Assembly (NCBI GenBank): GCA_963778655.1
Contig: CAVZVA010000002.1
Coordinates: 512,001-576,000, forward strand
Direction: 5' to 3'
Source: an uncultured delta proteobacterium
Lineage (GTDB): Bacteria > Myxococcota_A > Polyangia > Polyangiales > JAFGIB01
DNA: 64,000 bases
Shown here piece after piece: positions 46,364 to 55,996 of the stretch. The notes below the pieces were generated by a model, which ran no database searches, was not told where the DNA came from, and was given only the letters and a program-made list of their open reading frames with translations. How positions within the stretch are numbered: position 1 is the stretch's first letter; every line of letters starts with the position of its first letter. Both the position numbers and the translations under genes were made by a program.

Positions 46364-47602
46364 TCAGGGCTTCACTTTCCCTTGCGTCAGGCAGCTGGTG
46401 GTCATGTCGGGCGAGAGGGTCGCGCCGGTCAGCGTGGCGCTGCCCGACTTCGTGTTGAAGCGAATGCGGCCCGCGCCGCCGCCGCCGCCGCCCGGGACGA
46501 TGGTGTCGCTTCCGTCACCACCGTTCGAGCCGTCGACGCTGGCGCCCGCGCTGCCTTTGCCACCCGCAGCGCCGGAGTCGTAGCTCGTGCTGCCCGGAGC
46601 CGGCTGGTCGTTCGACATCGCGTCGCCTGCCGATATCCCGCCCGGGCCGCCCTGACCACCTCCGCCGTTGGCCGCGAGCGTGCCCGCCACGGTCACCGTC
46701 TCGGCCTCGATCAGCAGCACCCCGCCGCTGCCGCCGCCTCCGCCCGACCAGTTGCCGTGGCCTCCGCCCACACTCACGGACGCCTCGCCCAGGATCGACA
46801 CGCTGTTGGCGGCAACGAGCTGGATCGCTCCGCCGCCAGCGCCGCCGTTGGTCTCGACGCCGCCGCCGCCCTGCGATCCACCGGCAAGCGGTATGATCTC
46901 GGGGGTGCCGTAGGCGGTCCCGCCGGCCGGAGCCGTGCCGCTCACGATGCCTCCGCTTCCGCCGATGCCACAATACGAGCCGCCCCCGCCCGCGGCCGTG
47001 GCGCTGCCGGCGCCGCCGCCACCGGGGCCGTTCCCCTTCGTCGCCCACTTGGTCTGCGTGTAGCCGCCGGCAACGGGCACGTCTGCCATCGCGGCCGCGT
47101 CCAGGCTGCCGAGAATCTCGATCTTGTCGGTGGCCACCAAGATGATGGGAAACGATCCGGTGACGGAAAGGTTCGCGTTCGGCTCGATTCGCCACGAGTG
47201 TGCCGCGTAGATCCCCACCTTGACCTGGTTCGGCTGCGTGATGACGGTGAACTTCACCGCCGAGGAGGAGAAGCAAGCGGAATCCTCCATCTCCGAGTTG
47301 ATGTAACAGCTCGACCCGGTGATATCGACGTCGCCGAGATCGGTGAGATCGAGGGCACTGAGATCGAAGTTCGAAGGCGTGAAGCCGAATGCCGCCGCCA
47401 CCGCGGCGTCGCTGGACCCGGCATCGTTGTCGGCATCCGGCGCCTGCATCATCGCAGCATCTCCGGCATCGGCGCTGCCGCCGTCAGGCTTCTTGATGGT
47501 GTTGAGCTTGCAGGCGCCCTGCAGGGGCGCCAGGCCGAGCACCGTGAGTATGCCGATCGAGACAAGACACTGCGTTGCAACGTTTCGCGAAGCGGACCGC
47601 AT
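46364..47602 (-). CDS. Gly-rich exported lipoprotein-like protein
   Basis: Lipobox-like LQGAC, DAG repeats, GGAGGGAIQL..GGGGGSGG..LIEA, GGGGAGRIR. Confidence 0.7.
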   Translation of the reverse strand: MRSASRNVATQCLVSIGILTVLGLAPLQGACKLNTIKKPDGGSADAGDAAMMQAPDADNDAGSSDAAVAAAFGFTPSNFDLSALDLTDLGDVDITGSSCYINSEMEDSACFSSSAVKFTVITQPNQVKVGIYAAHSWRIEPNANLSVTGSFPIILVATDKIEILGSLDAAAMADVPVAGGYTQTKWATKGNGPGGGGAGSATAAGGGGSYCGIGGSGGIVSGTAPAGGTAYGTPEIIPLAGGSQGGGGVETNGGAGGGAIQLVAANSVSILGEASVSVGGGHGNWSGGGGGSGGVLLIEAETVTVAGTLAANGGGGQGGPGGISAGDAMSNDQPAPGSTSYDSGAAGGKGSAGASVDGSNGGDGSDTIVPGGGGGGAGRIRFNTKSGSATLTGATLSPDMTTSCLTQGKVKP

Positions 47603-47804
47603 GGAACGATCTCCTTGGTGAACCTCCGCAGCGAGAAGTCGACAGCGGATGACGCTCGACCCTAACGAATTCAAGCCGCGCCAGGCTCCCCATTCCGGGA
47701 ACCGCCGTCAAGCCATGCTCCGGCGTCACACACGGATCGCTTCCCCCAAGTCTTCGGCAGTGGGGCACGATGCCCCAGCGCTCGCCGATTTCAGAGCCCG
47801 CCGT

Positions 47805-49130
47805 CTACAGCATGACCTCGATCTCGATGCCGTCGTCGCCGGGCTCGGGCGAGGGAAAGCTCGCGGCGATCTCGCGCGAGCGCCGGCCGGCGAGTTGCTC
47901 GAGCTGGGGGCGCACCTCGGGCAGCGCCTCGAGCAGGCGATCGAAGTAGCTTTTGGCCAGGAACAGCAAGGTCGTGGCCTCGCGTGCTCGCACGCTCGCG
48001 CTCGCGCCGCCGCCCCACAGCAGCGACATCTCGCCGAACAGCTCGCCCGGGCCGAGCTTGGCCAGCTCCACGCCTTGACCGGCCTGCTCGCGCTCCACCA
48101 CCACCTCGCCGCGCAGCACCACGTACGCGCCCGGGCTGGGCTGCTCCTGGGCGACGATCTGCGCGCCCGCGGACGCTTCGACCTCGACGAAACGCTTCAT
48201 CAGGTCGATGCGCTGCGCCGGTGCGAGCGCGGCGAACAGCGGCGAGCTCGTCATCACGTGCGCGAGCAGCCGCTCGTGCGCGAACGCAGACACCACCTGC
48301 GCGAGCTGCGCGCGCGCTTGATCGGCCCCGGACAGCGCTTGCAGCGAGAGCGCCAGCAGGTCGCAATCTTCGAGCGCCACCACCGCGGCGTTGCGCGGCG
48401 CGCCCGACAGCAGCGACAGCTCTCCGAACAGCGCGCCTTCGCGCAGCGTCGCCAGATCCCGCACCTGACCGTCGCCGTGCGTACGCCGCACGCGCACGCT
48501 GCCGCGAGCCAGGATGAACATCGTCCGACCCACCGAGCCCTGCTCCACGATCACCGCGCCCGCGCGCACCCGCAGCAGCTCGCAAGCCTCGAACACCTGG
48601 CTCAGCTCCTCGATGTCCAGTTGGCTCAGCAGCGGGATCGGCATCAGCTTGTCGGGGAACAACGCGTCCTTGTGCGCGTAGTCGCTCGCAATCCGCTCGG
48701 CCTCCAGCGCGAGCTCGCTGCCACGGCCCGCGGGCGGTAGCGCGCTGCGCGGCAGCGCTTCTTCGTCGGAAGGCAACGAACGGCGCACGCCCGCGCCGAC
48801 CCGGCTCGAGCTGCGGCCGTACAGCTCGCCCACGCTGCGCAGCAGCCAGGCCAGCCCGGGCTCGAGCGTGCCCAGGATCTTGAGCGCGACCAGCGCGCGC
48901 AGCGGATAGCCGGCGTGGGTCGCGTACTGCGCCAGCCGCGTGTACACCACGGCCGCGCGCTGCACCTCGCCGAGCGCGAGCAGCGCATCGGCCGCGCGCA
49001 AGCGCGCGTCCAAGTTGAGCGGCTGCGCCTCGACGATCTGCAGGTACGCGCGCAGCGCGTCCTCGAAATGCCCTGCGTGCAGCCGTTCGTCGGCCGTGCG
49101 CTTGATGTCAGCGATGGTCGGCATGCTCAC
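47805..49130 (-). CDS. TPR plus tandem cyclic nucleotide-binding domain protein
   Basis: Two cNMP domains (GALFGELSLL...PRNA; GELFGEMSLL); N-terminal TPR. Confidence 0.85.
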   Translation of the reverse strand: MSMPTIADIKRTADERLHAGHFEDALRAYLQIVEAQPLNLDARLRAADALLALGEVQRAAVVYTRLAQYATHAGYPLRALVALKILGTLEPGLAWLLRSVGELYGRSSSRVGAGVRRSLPSDEEALPRSALPPAGRGSELALEAERIASDYAHKDALFPDKLMPIPLLSQLDIEELSQVFEACELLRVRAGAVIVEQGSVGRTMFILARGSVRVRRTHGDGQVRDLATLREGALFGELSLLSGAPRNAAVVALEDCDLLALSLQALSGADQARAQLAQVVSAFAHERLLAHVMTSSPLFAALAPAQRIDLMKRFVEVEASAGAQIVAQEQPSPGAYVVLRGEVVVEREQAGQGVELAKLGPGELFGEMSLLWGGGASASVRAREATTLLFLAKSYFDRLLEALPEVRPQLEQLAGRRSREIAASFPSPEPGDDGIEIEVML

Positions 49131-49175
49131 GAGGCTACCCCGTGCCGGCGGCTTCGTCGTCCCGGCCGATACCGG

Positions 49176-50555
49176 CTACTTGATGATCTTGCAGTAGCTC
49201 GGAAAGCCGCCCGGGAGCCCGGCGGCGTACGGCTCGGGCGTCACGCCGAAGGGATGGTCCTTGAGGAACTGCCACTGGGCCAGGATGTCCTCGGGCGGCG
49301 CCCCACAGTGCCCATCGCCGTGATCGCAGTCGACGACGAAGCCGCCCTTGGACGCCACGTCACTGTCCTGGTTGGCGCTGGTGACGGAGAAGTCGACGCC
49401 GGAGACCACGTCCGTGCCCTGCGCGCCGTGAGTGGTGATCAACGCGGGCACGTGCGAGGCGTCTTCGAGCGCATAGGCGACGAAGATCCCGCCAGAATTC
49501 GGCATCACCCCCGCGAGGTAGCTCGAGCGCAGGTAGAGCATCGCGCTGGCCTGCAGCCCGCCCGCGCTGCAGCCGCCGGTGTAGATGCGCCGGGTGTCGA
49601 TGTTGAGCTGCTGCACCGCGCACGCGAGGATGTCATCCGCCATCCCGAAGTCGCCCGTGTACCAGACGCCGTTTCCGGTGTTGGTGCCGGTCGCGGTCGT
49701 GGTGTCGAACGAGGCTACCAGCCCGCCGGCGGCCGTGATCTCGTCGATGGCCGGGCCCAGGATCATGGCTTCGTCGGGCTTGCCGCCCGTTCCGTGCCAG
49801 TAGAAGAAGATCGGTCCGCTGGGTTGCGCCGAACGGGCGCCGACCCAGAGCTGTACGTTCTGGCCTCGCACGGTCACGGTGCCCGTGGCCAACACCGGGC
49901 AGCTCGCCGGTGCCGTGGGGATGGGCGGCGGGGGGCCGCTGGTGCTAACGCTGCCGCCGGTCCCGCCGCTGCCGCCGGTCCCGCCAGTCCCGCCGGTTCC
50001 ACCAGTCCCGCCGCTGCCGCCAGCACCGCCAGTCCCGCCGCTGCCGCCAGCACCGCCAGCACCGCCAGTCCCGCCACTGCCGCCGCTACCACCAGCCCCC
50101 CCGCCACCACCAGTCCCGCCGCTACCGCCGGCACCACCCGTCCCGCCGCTGCCACCCGTGCTGCCGCTCTCGCCGCCGCTGCCGCCCAGCTCGCCGGCTC
50201 CACCGGCGCCGCTCTCTGCGCCTTGGCCCGCGCTCCCGTCACCGGCGGCACCTGCCGCGCCTGTTCCGCCGCTGCCGCTCGCGGCCATGGCGCCGCCGCT
50301 GCCGGTGGTCATCGCCTTCGCGGGTGACCCGGCGTCGTAGCCGGACGCGCCGCCTTCCCCGCCGTCACGACCGGGGACGATCACGCGGAACGCCGCGCCC
50401 TCGCCCGACCCGACCGCGGGCGCAACCGTGGCCTCGCCGCTGTCGCGAGCCTGGTCGCCGCCGAGCGCGACCGGGCTGCCCACACCGCCGCTGCACGCCA
50501 CGCCGAGCAGCGCGAGCGCGGCGAGCGTGCAGCTCGACTTCGCAACTCTGCCCAT
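49176..50555 (-). CDS. Lipoprotein with Gly/Ser/Thr linker and alpha/beta-hydrolase (esterase-like) domain
   Basis: LLGVAC lipobox, (GGSGGT/GGA)n, WHGTG, GCSAG nucleophile elbow, HG..GH. Confidence 0.75.
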   Translation of the reverse strand: MGRVAKSSCTLAALALLGVACSGGVGSPVALGGDQARDSGEATVAPAVGSGEGAAFRVIVPGRDGGEGGASGYDAGSPAKAMTTGSGGAMAASGSGGTGAAGAAGDGSAGQGAESGAGGAGELGGSGGESGSTGGSGGTGGAGGSGGTGGGGGAGGSGGSGGTGGAGGAGGSGGTGGAGGSGGTGGTGGTGGTGGSGGTGGSVSTSGPPPPIPTAPASCPVLATGTVTVRGQNVQLWVGARSAQPSGPIFFYWHGTGGKPDEAMILGPAIDEITAAGGLVASFDTTTATGTNTGNGVWYTGDFGMADDILACAVQQLNIDTRRIYTGGCSAGGLQASAMLYLRSSYLAGVMPNSGGIFVAYALEDASHVPALITTHGAQGTDVVSGVDFSVTSANQDSDVASKGGFVVDCDHGDGHCGAPPEDILAQWQFLKDHPFGVTPEPYAAGLPGGFPSYCKIIK

Positions 50556-50732
50556 TCACCGGGCATCGTGAGCAAATGCGATGCACAGCTCAAGTCCGCC
50601 CTACGGCCGATGCGCGGCCGCGAATGGCCGCTGCAGTCCCGGCGCGGCGCCGCACGCGGCTCCGGTGCGCACGCCCGTGCACGCTGGCGCGCCAAGCCCT
50701 GCGGTGCCGCCCGAGCGGAGCGGTGCGCCCGA

Positions 50733-51935
50733 TCAGGCCGGCTCGGCCGGCGGCGCGTGCACGTGAAGCACGCTGCGCTCGGCCGGCACCCCGACGCGCA
50801 AGGGAAAGCCGTAGTGGCCGGTGCCGCGATGCACGTACAGCCGATTGGAGCCCTGGGCCCAAAAGCCATGATCGGGCAGCGAGGTCAGCGCGGACACGAT
50901 CGTGGCCTCGATGCCGAGCCACAGCAGCCCGATCTGTCCGCCGTGCGTGTGCCCGCTCAACACCAGGTCCGCGGCGCCGTCCGGCACGTGCTTGAACGCG
51001 CCCGGGTCGTGCAGCAGCGCGATGCGCAGCTCGCCCGGATGCCGCGGGTGGCGCGCGATCACGTGCTCGACGTGCGCGGCGCGATCGCGGAAGCGGAAGT
51101 CGATGCCCAACACCTCGACCGGGCCACAGGCCGTCTGCACGCGCGCGCTCTGGTCGATCAGCAGCGTGGCGCCAGCGCTGGCCAGCGCGCCTTCGACCAC
51201 CGCGGGCGCTTCGAGGTCGTGGTTGCCGCGGCATGCGAACACCCGCCCGGGCAGCGCGCGCAGCGGCTCGAGCGCGCGTGCCAGGTGGCGCGGGTCGCCC
51301 TGCGACTCCATGGTCAGGAAGTCGCCGGTCAGCAGGATCAGATCGGGCTGGCGGCGAACGGCGCGCTCGCACAGCCTGCGCAGCTGCGCGACGGACATGA
51401 ACGGACCCAGGTGCGGGTCGGTGATCTGCACGATGCGCAGCGGTCGGGCGCTGCGCTGCGTGCCACGCGACACGCGCTGTAGCCCCGGCACGCGCGCGCC
51501 GTCGAGCACCACGTCCACCACCTCTTCGCGCGCGAACAGCGAATCGAACAGCCCGAGCAGCGCCACGCCATAGGGCAGCCACGGCCAGGGCGGGTGAAGG
51601 CCCAGCCCGAGCGCGAGCGCCCAGGGCAGACCGAGGAAGGTCCCGGCCACGAACCACGACGCCGGCAGGCTGACCAGCGCCCGGTACCAGGCCGGCCGCA
51701 TCGCCGGCCGCACCAGCGAGAGGAAATGCACGTAGGTCGCGAGCTGCAGCGCGCAGTAGGCCACGAACGCGGCGGCCCCGAAGGCGGGCGCCAGCGCGAC
51801 CGAGAGCAGGGTGTGGATCCCCAGCACGATCGCGCCGAAGCGGGCGTACATGCGCCCGCGCACCACCCGCGCCGCGAGCACGACCGCGGCCCAGCCGAGC
51901 ACGCTCGCCGCCGCAAACCATCCGCTGGCCGTCAT
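50733..51935 (-). CDS. Membrane-bound metallophosphoesterase
   Basis: TM N-terminus; DPHLG, GDF, GNHD, HDP, GHTHGGQ. Confidence 0.9.
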   Translation of the reverse strand: MTASGWFAAASVLGWAAVVLAARVVRGRMYARFGAIVLGIHTLLSVALAPAFGAAAFVAYCALQLATYVHFLSLVRPAMRPAWYRALVSLPASWFVAGTFLGLPWALALGLGLHPPWPWLPYGVALLGLFDSLFAREEVVDVVLDGARVPGLQRVSRGTQRSARPLRIVQITDPHLGPFMSVAQLRRLCERAVRRQPDLILLTGDFLTMESQGDPRHLARALEPLRALPGRVFACRGNHDLEAPAVVEGALASAGATLLIDQSARVQTACGPVEVLGIDFRFRDRAAHVEHVIARHPRHPGELRIALLHDPGAFKHVPDGAADLVLSGHTHGGQIGLLWLGIEATIVSALTSLPDHGFWAQGSNRLYVHRGTGHYGFPLRVGVPAERSVLHVHAPPAEPA

Positions 51936-52138
51936 CGTCTACATATGTGATCTCGCGGGCGCCATCCGTCAATCCGACGGGCCACGCGGCCGCCGTAGAC
52001 GGGCCGCGGCTCGGGCGATCTCGCGGCCGCGCGCGGCACCGCGATCGACGTGAAGCGCGCTCCGCCGCATCTCAGCATTTCTTCCCGGGTGAGCCCGGCT
52101 CTATACTCGGGAGCTGAACATCGCGATCGGAGCAAACC

Positions 52139-52993
52139 ATGACGCAAGTGCAGGTGCTGGGAATCGTCGGCGCGGGACAGATGGGTGGTGGAATCGCCCA
52201 GGTGGCGGCGCAGGTGGGCATCACGGTGCGTCTGCTCGACGTCGACGAAAAGGCGGCCCAGGCCGGACTGCGCGTGATCGAAAAGCAGCTCGCCTCGCGC
52301 GTGAGCAAGGGCAAGCTCGACGCCGCAGAGCGCGACGCGATGCTCGGGCGCATCCATCCCGGCGCCGATCTCGGACAGCTCGGCGACGCGGACTTCGTGG
52401 TCGAGGCGGCCACCGAGGACGACAAGGTCAAGCGCCAGGTGTTCGAGCAGCTGGACCGCGCCGCACCGGCACACGCGGTGCTGGCCACCAACACCTCGGC
52501 GATTCCGATCACCAAGCTCGCGGCGCACACGCGGCGGCCGGGGCAGGTGATCGGCATGCACTTCATGAATCCGGCGCCGGTGATGCGGCTGGTCGAGATC
52601 ATCCGCGGGCTGCAGACCTCGGACGCGACCGTGCAGCTCGCGCGCGAGCTGGCTGCGCGCATGGGCAAGGACGTGATCGGCGCCAACGACATGCCCGGCT
52701 TCATCGTCAACCGAATGCTGATCCCGTTCCTGAACGAGGCCTGCTTCGCGCTGCAGGAAGGGCTCGGCGGCCCGGAGGACATCGACCGCGGGGCCAAGCT
52801 CGGGCTCAACCACCCGATGGGTCCGCTCGAGCTGGCGGATCTGATCGGCCTCGACACCGTGCTCTACATGGCCGAGGTGCTGCACCGCGAGTTCGGCGAC
52901 GACAAGTACCGCCCGCCCACGATCCTGCGCAACCACGTCTCGGCCGGCTGGCTCGGCCGCAAGACCGGGCGGGGGTTCTACAAGTACAAGTGA
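52139..52993 (+). CDS. 3-hydroxybutyryl-CoA dehydrogenase
   Basis: GAGQMGGGIAQV, ATNTS, GMHFMNP, PGFIVNR, HPMGPL, DLIGLDT. Confidence 0.95.
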   Translation: MTQVQVLGIVGAGQMGGGIAQVAAQVGITVRLLDVDEKAAQAGLRVIEKQLASRVSKGKLDAAERDAMLGRIHPGADLGQLGDADFVVEAATEDDKVKRQVFEQLDRAAPAHAVLATNTSAIPITKLAAHTRRPGQVIGMHFMNPAPVMRLVEIIRGLQTSDATVQLARELAARMGKDVIGANDMPGFIVNRMLIPFLNEACFALQEGLGGPEDIDRGAKLGLNHPMGPLELADLIGLDTVLYMAEVLHREFGDDKYRPPTILRNHVSAGWLGRKTGRGFYKYK

Positions 52994-53032
52994 GCCGCGC
53001 GGGGCGCCTGGGAGGCCGCATCGGACACAGCC

Positions 53033-54288
53033 TCAGCAGGCGCCGCATGCGCGCTGGCGCAGCGTGGCGATGCGCTCGCGTATCTTGTCGGCTCGCAGAC
53101 CGTCGGGCGCGAGCCGCAGGCACTTGCGGTACGCGGCCACGGCCTCCCGGGTCCGCCGTTGACGCTCGAGCGCCAGCCCGAGGTTGCGCCACGCCGGCGC
53201 ATACGAAGGATCGGCCTCGGTGGCGAGGCGAAGCAGCTCCGGCTGCGCCATTGGCGCGGCGGGCGTTACAGCCGGAGACGAGCCCGCGGCGGGGGCTGGC
53301 GCGGCCGCAACCGGCGCCGTGACGGGATGGGGTGGCGCCCCGGCGGAAGCGCGTTGCGAGGCGGCAGAAGCGGGTCGCAGCGCGGCCGGATCAGGAGACG
53401 CCGCGGCCGCAGCCTGCGGCGATGGGGCGATCGACGCCGCGGACGCGCTTGCGGAAGGCCGCTGCCGAAGATGGCGTGATCGCGCGCCAGTCCACGCGCG
53501 ATCACGGCCTCCACCTCGAGCGGAAAGCGCTTGCCGCTCACACGTTCGAGCGTGGGTGGGTCGCGCCCCAGCTTCTTGGCCAGGATCTGACCCCGATCGT
53601 CGGCATGGAACGGCAGCCTACCGGTGATCAGCTCGAACACCACGGTGGCCAACGCATACACGTCGCCCCGGCCGTCCGGCAGGCGGCCGTCGGAGACCTC
53701 CGGTGGCTGATATTCCGGGGTGCCGAAGATGGTGCCCTCGCGGGTCAACCGCGGCTGGTTCGACCGGACCAGCGTAGCGATCCCGAAGTCGAGCAGCATC
53801 ACCGTCTCCGACCCGTCCTCGCGCACCACGTACATCAGGTTCTCGGGCTTGATGTCGCGGTGCACCAACCCTTTGACGTGAATCAAGTCGAGCGCCGAGG
53901 CGATCCCGCCGAGCAACTCGGCCACGCGCCTGGGCAGTTGCGGCCCGGCGTAGGCGAGCAGGGAGGCGAAGTCGGTGCCTTGCACCTTGGGCATGACCAG
54001 GTACGGGCGTCCGTCCGGCAGGCGGCCGAGGTCGGTGACGTCGACGATGTTGCCGTGCGAGAGCGAGCTCGCGGTGCGCGCCGCGCGCAAGAGGCGCTCG
54101 ACCGCGACCTCGTCCGAGGCCCAGCGCGCAGTGAGCACCTTGATCGCGACCGCCCGCCCCAGCCCGTCGTGCGCGCCGCCGTAGACCACCCCCATGCCGC
54201 CGCGGCCGAGCATCTCGCGGATGGTGTAGCGGCCGTCGATGCTGGCGCCTATCAGCGAGTCCTGCAGGTGTGGCTGGTGCTCGAGCAT
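53033..54288 (-). pseudogene. Frameshifted, internally deleted Ser/Thr kinase-TPR gene
   Basis: Kinase motifs GRGGMG, AIK, HRDIKPEN, DFG end at GLARD (about 53480); Ala/Pro linker and TPR continue in another frame to 53033. Confidence 0.7.
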
Positions 54289-54290
54289 GA

Positions 54291-55724
54291 TCACAAGACG
54301 CACAGGTTGCCGAGCGCACCCTTGCAAGCGCCGGCCACGCAGCTGCAAGTCACGCCGAGCAAGCCGCAATTGTTGCCGCAGGTCCCGCAGTCGGCGGTGG
54401 ACGTGCTGAGGTCGACGCACGCCCCGGAGCAACAGCTCAGCCCGTTCGTGCAGGGGCGCCCGCAGGCGCCGCAATCGTCGTCGCTGCTGGCGAGGTCGAC
54501 GCATGCGCCGCGGCAGCAGGTCGCGCCCACCCCGCAGGTCACACCGCAAGCGCCGCAGTTGTTCTCGTCTTGTTGGCTATCCTCGCAGGTCCCGCCGCAG
54601 CACTCGAAACCGGCCGCGCACGAGGCTTCGCACGTGCCGCAGTGGCTCTCGTCGCTGGCGGTGTCGCTGCAGTGGCCGCTGCAGCAGCTCTGGCCGGACG
54701 TGCATCGCGTGTCGCAAGCGCCGCAGTGGGCCGCGTCGTGCTGCAGATCGAAGTCCTCGTCGGTCGTGCCGTCGCAGTCGTCGTCCTTGCCGTCGCACGC
54801 CTCGCGGGCGGCGGGCGCGGGCGTCACGCAGCGGGGCAGCTCGGCGCCCGAGCCCGGACACTGCAGCGTGCCCGTCTGGCACAGACCCTTCTTGGTCGTA
54901 TCGGTGCAGGGGTCGCCGACGCCGGGGACATCGTCGGCCGTGCCATCGCAGTCGTCATCGGCGCCCTGATTCCGGCAGCTCTCGGCCACCGGGACGACGG
55001 CGCCGACGCAAGCGCCGAATCGGCTGCTGGCGTCGCAGGTCTGGACGCCGCTCACGCAGGTACCGACGCCGAGCGTACCCACCGGACCGCTATAGCAGCT
55101 TTGTTTCTGACCTCTCGTACAAGCGCAGTCCTCGTCGAGCTTGCCGTCGCAGTCATCGTCGGTCGCAGTGCCGGAAGTGGTGCAACCGTCCAGGCTGGAG
55201 GGCGTGACCGCGCCGCCGCAGGCTCCGAGCTTGCCGCCGCTGCAGCGCTGCGCTCCGGGCTTGCACGCGCCGGTGCAGCTCCAAGGCTCGCCTGACTGCG
55301 TCGATCCGGTGCAGCCCGCCGTACCGTCCGGATAGCAGGCCGTGTCGCTGTCTTCGTCGATCTTTCCGTCGCAGTCGTTGTCGATCCCATCGCAATGCTC
55401 GGCGGTCGCCTCGGCCTGCGGACAGCGCGGCATCGATGCGGCGCCCGGGCTCAGCGCGGAGGCGGCATCGACACCGGCGTGTCCGGTCGCGCCGGCGTCC
55501 GCACCTGCTCGCTCGCTCAAGCCGCGGCCGGCATCGGCGCCCGCATCGCCGCCTTTGGACAAGCAGAAGCCGTCTTCGCACACCGCGCAAAGCGCGTTGC
55601 AGCCGTGTTTGGGGTTCGCGGAGGGGTCGAAGCTGCATCCCCCCAATGCCTCAGGCGTCGCGATCGACAGCAACATCACGACGGCCGCCTGGACGACCAA
55701 GCGCAGGCCGATTCCCCTCATCAC
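54291..55724 (-). CDS. Cys-rich lipoprotein with myxobacterial CDGxDNDCDG repeats and CGxCG repeats
   Basis: LGGC lipobox-like, EHCDGIDNDCDGKIDE repeats, D..HCG.C...C repeats. Confidence 0.8.
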   Translation of the reverse strand: MMRGIGLRLVVQAAVVMLLSIATPEALGGCSFDPSANPKHGCNALCAVCEDGFCLSKGGDAGADAGRGLSERAGADAGATGHAGVDAASALSPGAASMPRCPQAEATAEHCDGIDNDCDGKIDEDSDTACYPDGTAGCTGSTQSGEPWSCTGACKPGAQRCSGGKLGACGGAVTPSSLDGCTTSGTATDDDCDGKLDEDCACTRGQKQSCYSGPVGTLGVGTCVSGVQTCDASSRFGACVGAVVPVAESCRNQGADDDCDGTADDVPGVGDPCTDTTKKGLCQTGTLQCPGSGAELPRCVTPAPAAREACDGKDDDCDGTTDEDFDLQHDAAHCGACDTRCTSGQSCCSGHCSDTASDESHCGTCEASCAAGFECCGGTCEDSQQDENNCGACGVTCGVGATCCRGACVDLASSDDDCGACGRPCTNGLSCCSGACVDLSTSTADCGTCGNNCGLLGVTCSCVAGACKGALGNLCVL

Positions 55725-55832
55725 GCGGAAAACGTCCGCCCGCGAATGCCGAGCGCAAGCCCCAACATCTCGGTCGCGACGAAGATCACCCTCGCGCCGT
55801 CATGTCACGCCCGCTATCGCTTCGGCTGAATC

Positions 55833-55996
55833 TAGTGCAGCGTCCGCGAAATGGGATCAATCCTCGCGAGCGCTGCGGGCCCGATCGCGGCGTTGCCACA
55901 GCTTGAAATATACGGAGTATTCCTGCGCTGCGGCGCCTTGCGCTCGGACCCACCTCGCTCACGATCCCTTGATCCCATCTCGCGGACGCTGCACTA
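55833..55996. mobile_element. MITE-like element (family B core) with 28-bp terminal IRs and TA ends
   Basis: TAGTGCAGCGTCCGCGAAATGGGATCAA / TTGATCCCATCTCGCGGACGCTGCACTA (27/28); its right end includes the imuB stop codon. Confidence 0.75.

Noticed and set aside
49950..50190. Near-tandem 9/18-bp repeats
   Set aside because: They encode the Gly/Ser/Thr linker of a lipoprotein; not CRISPR and not mobile
45333..55832. Genomic island or prophage between dnaE2 and imuB
   Set aside because: No integrase, tRNA, att repeats or phage genes; the contents are typical myxobacterial genes
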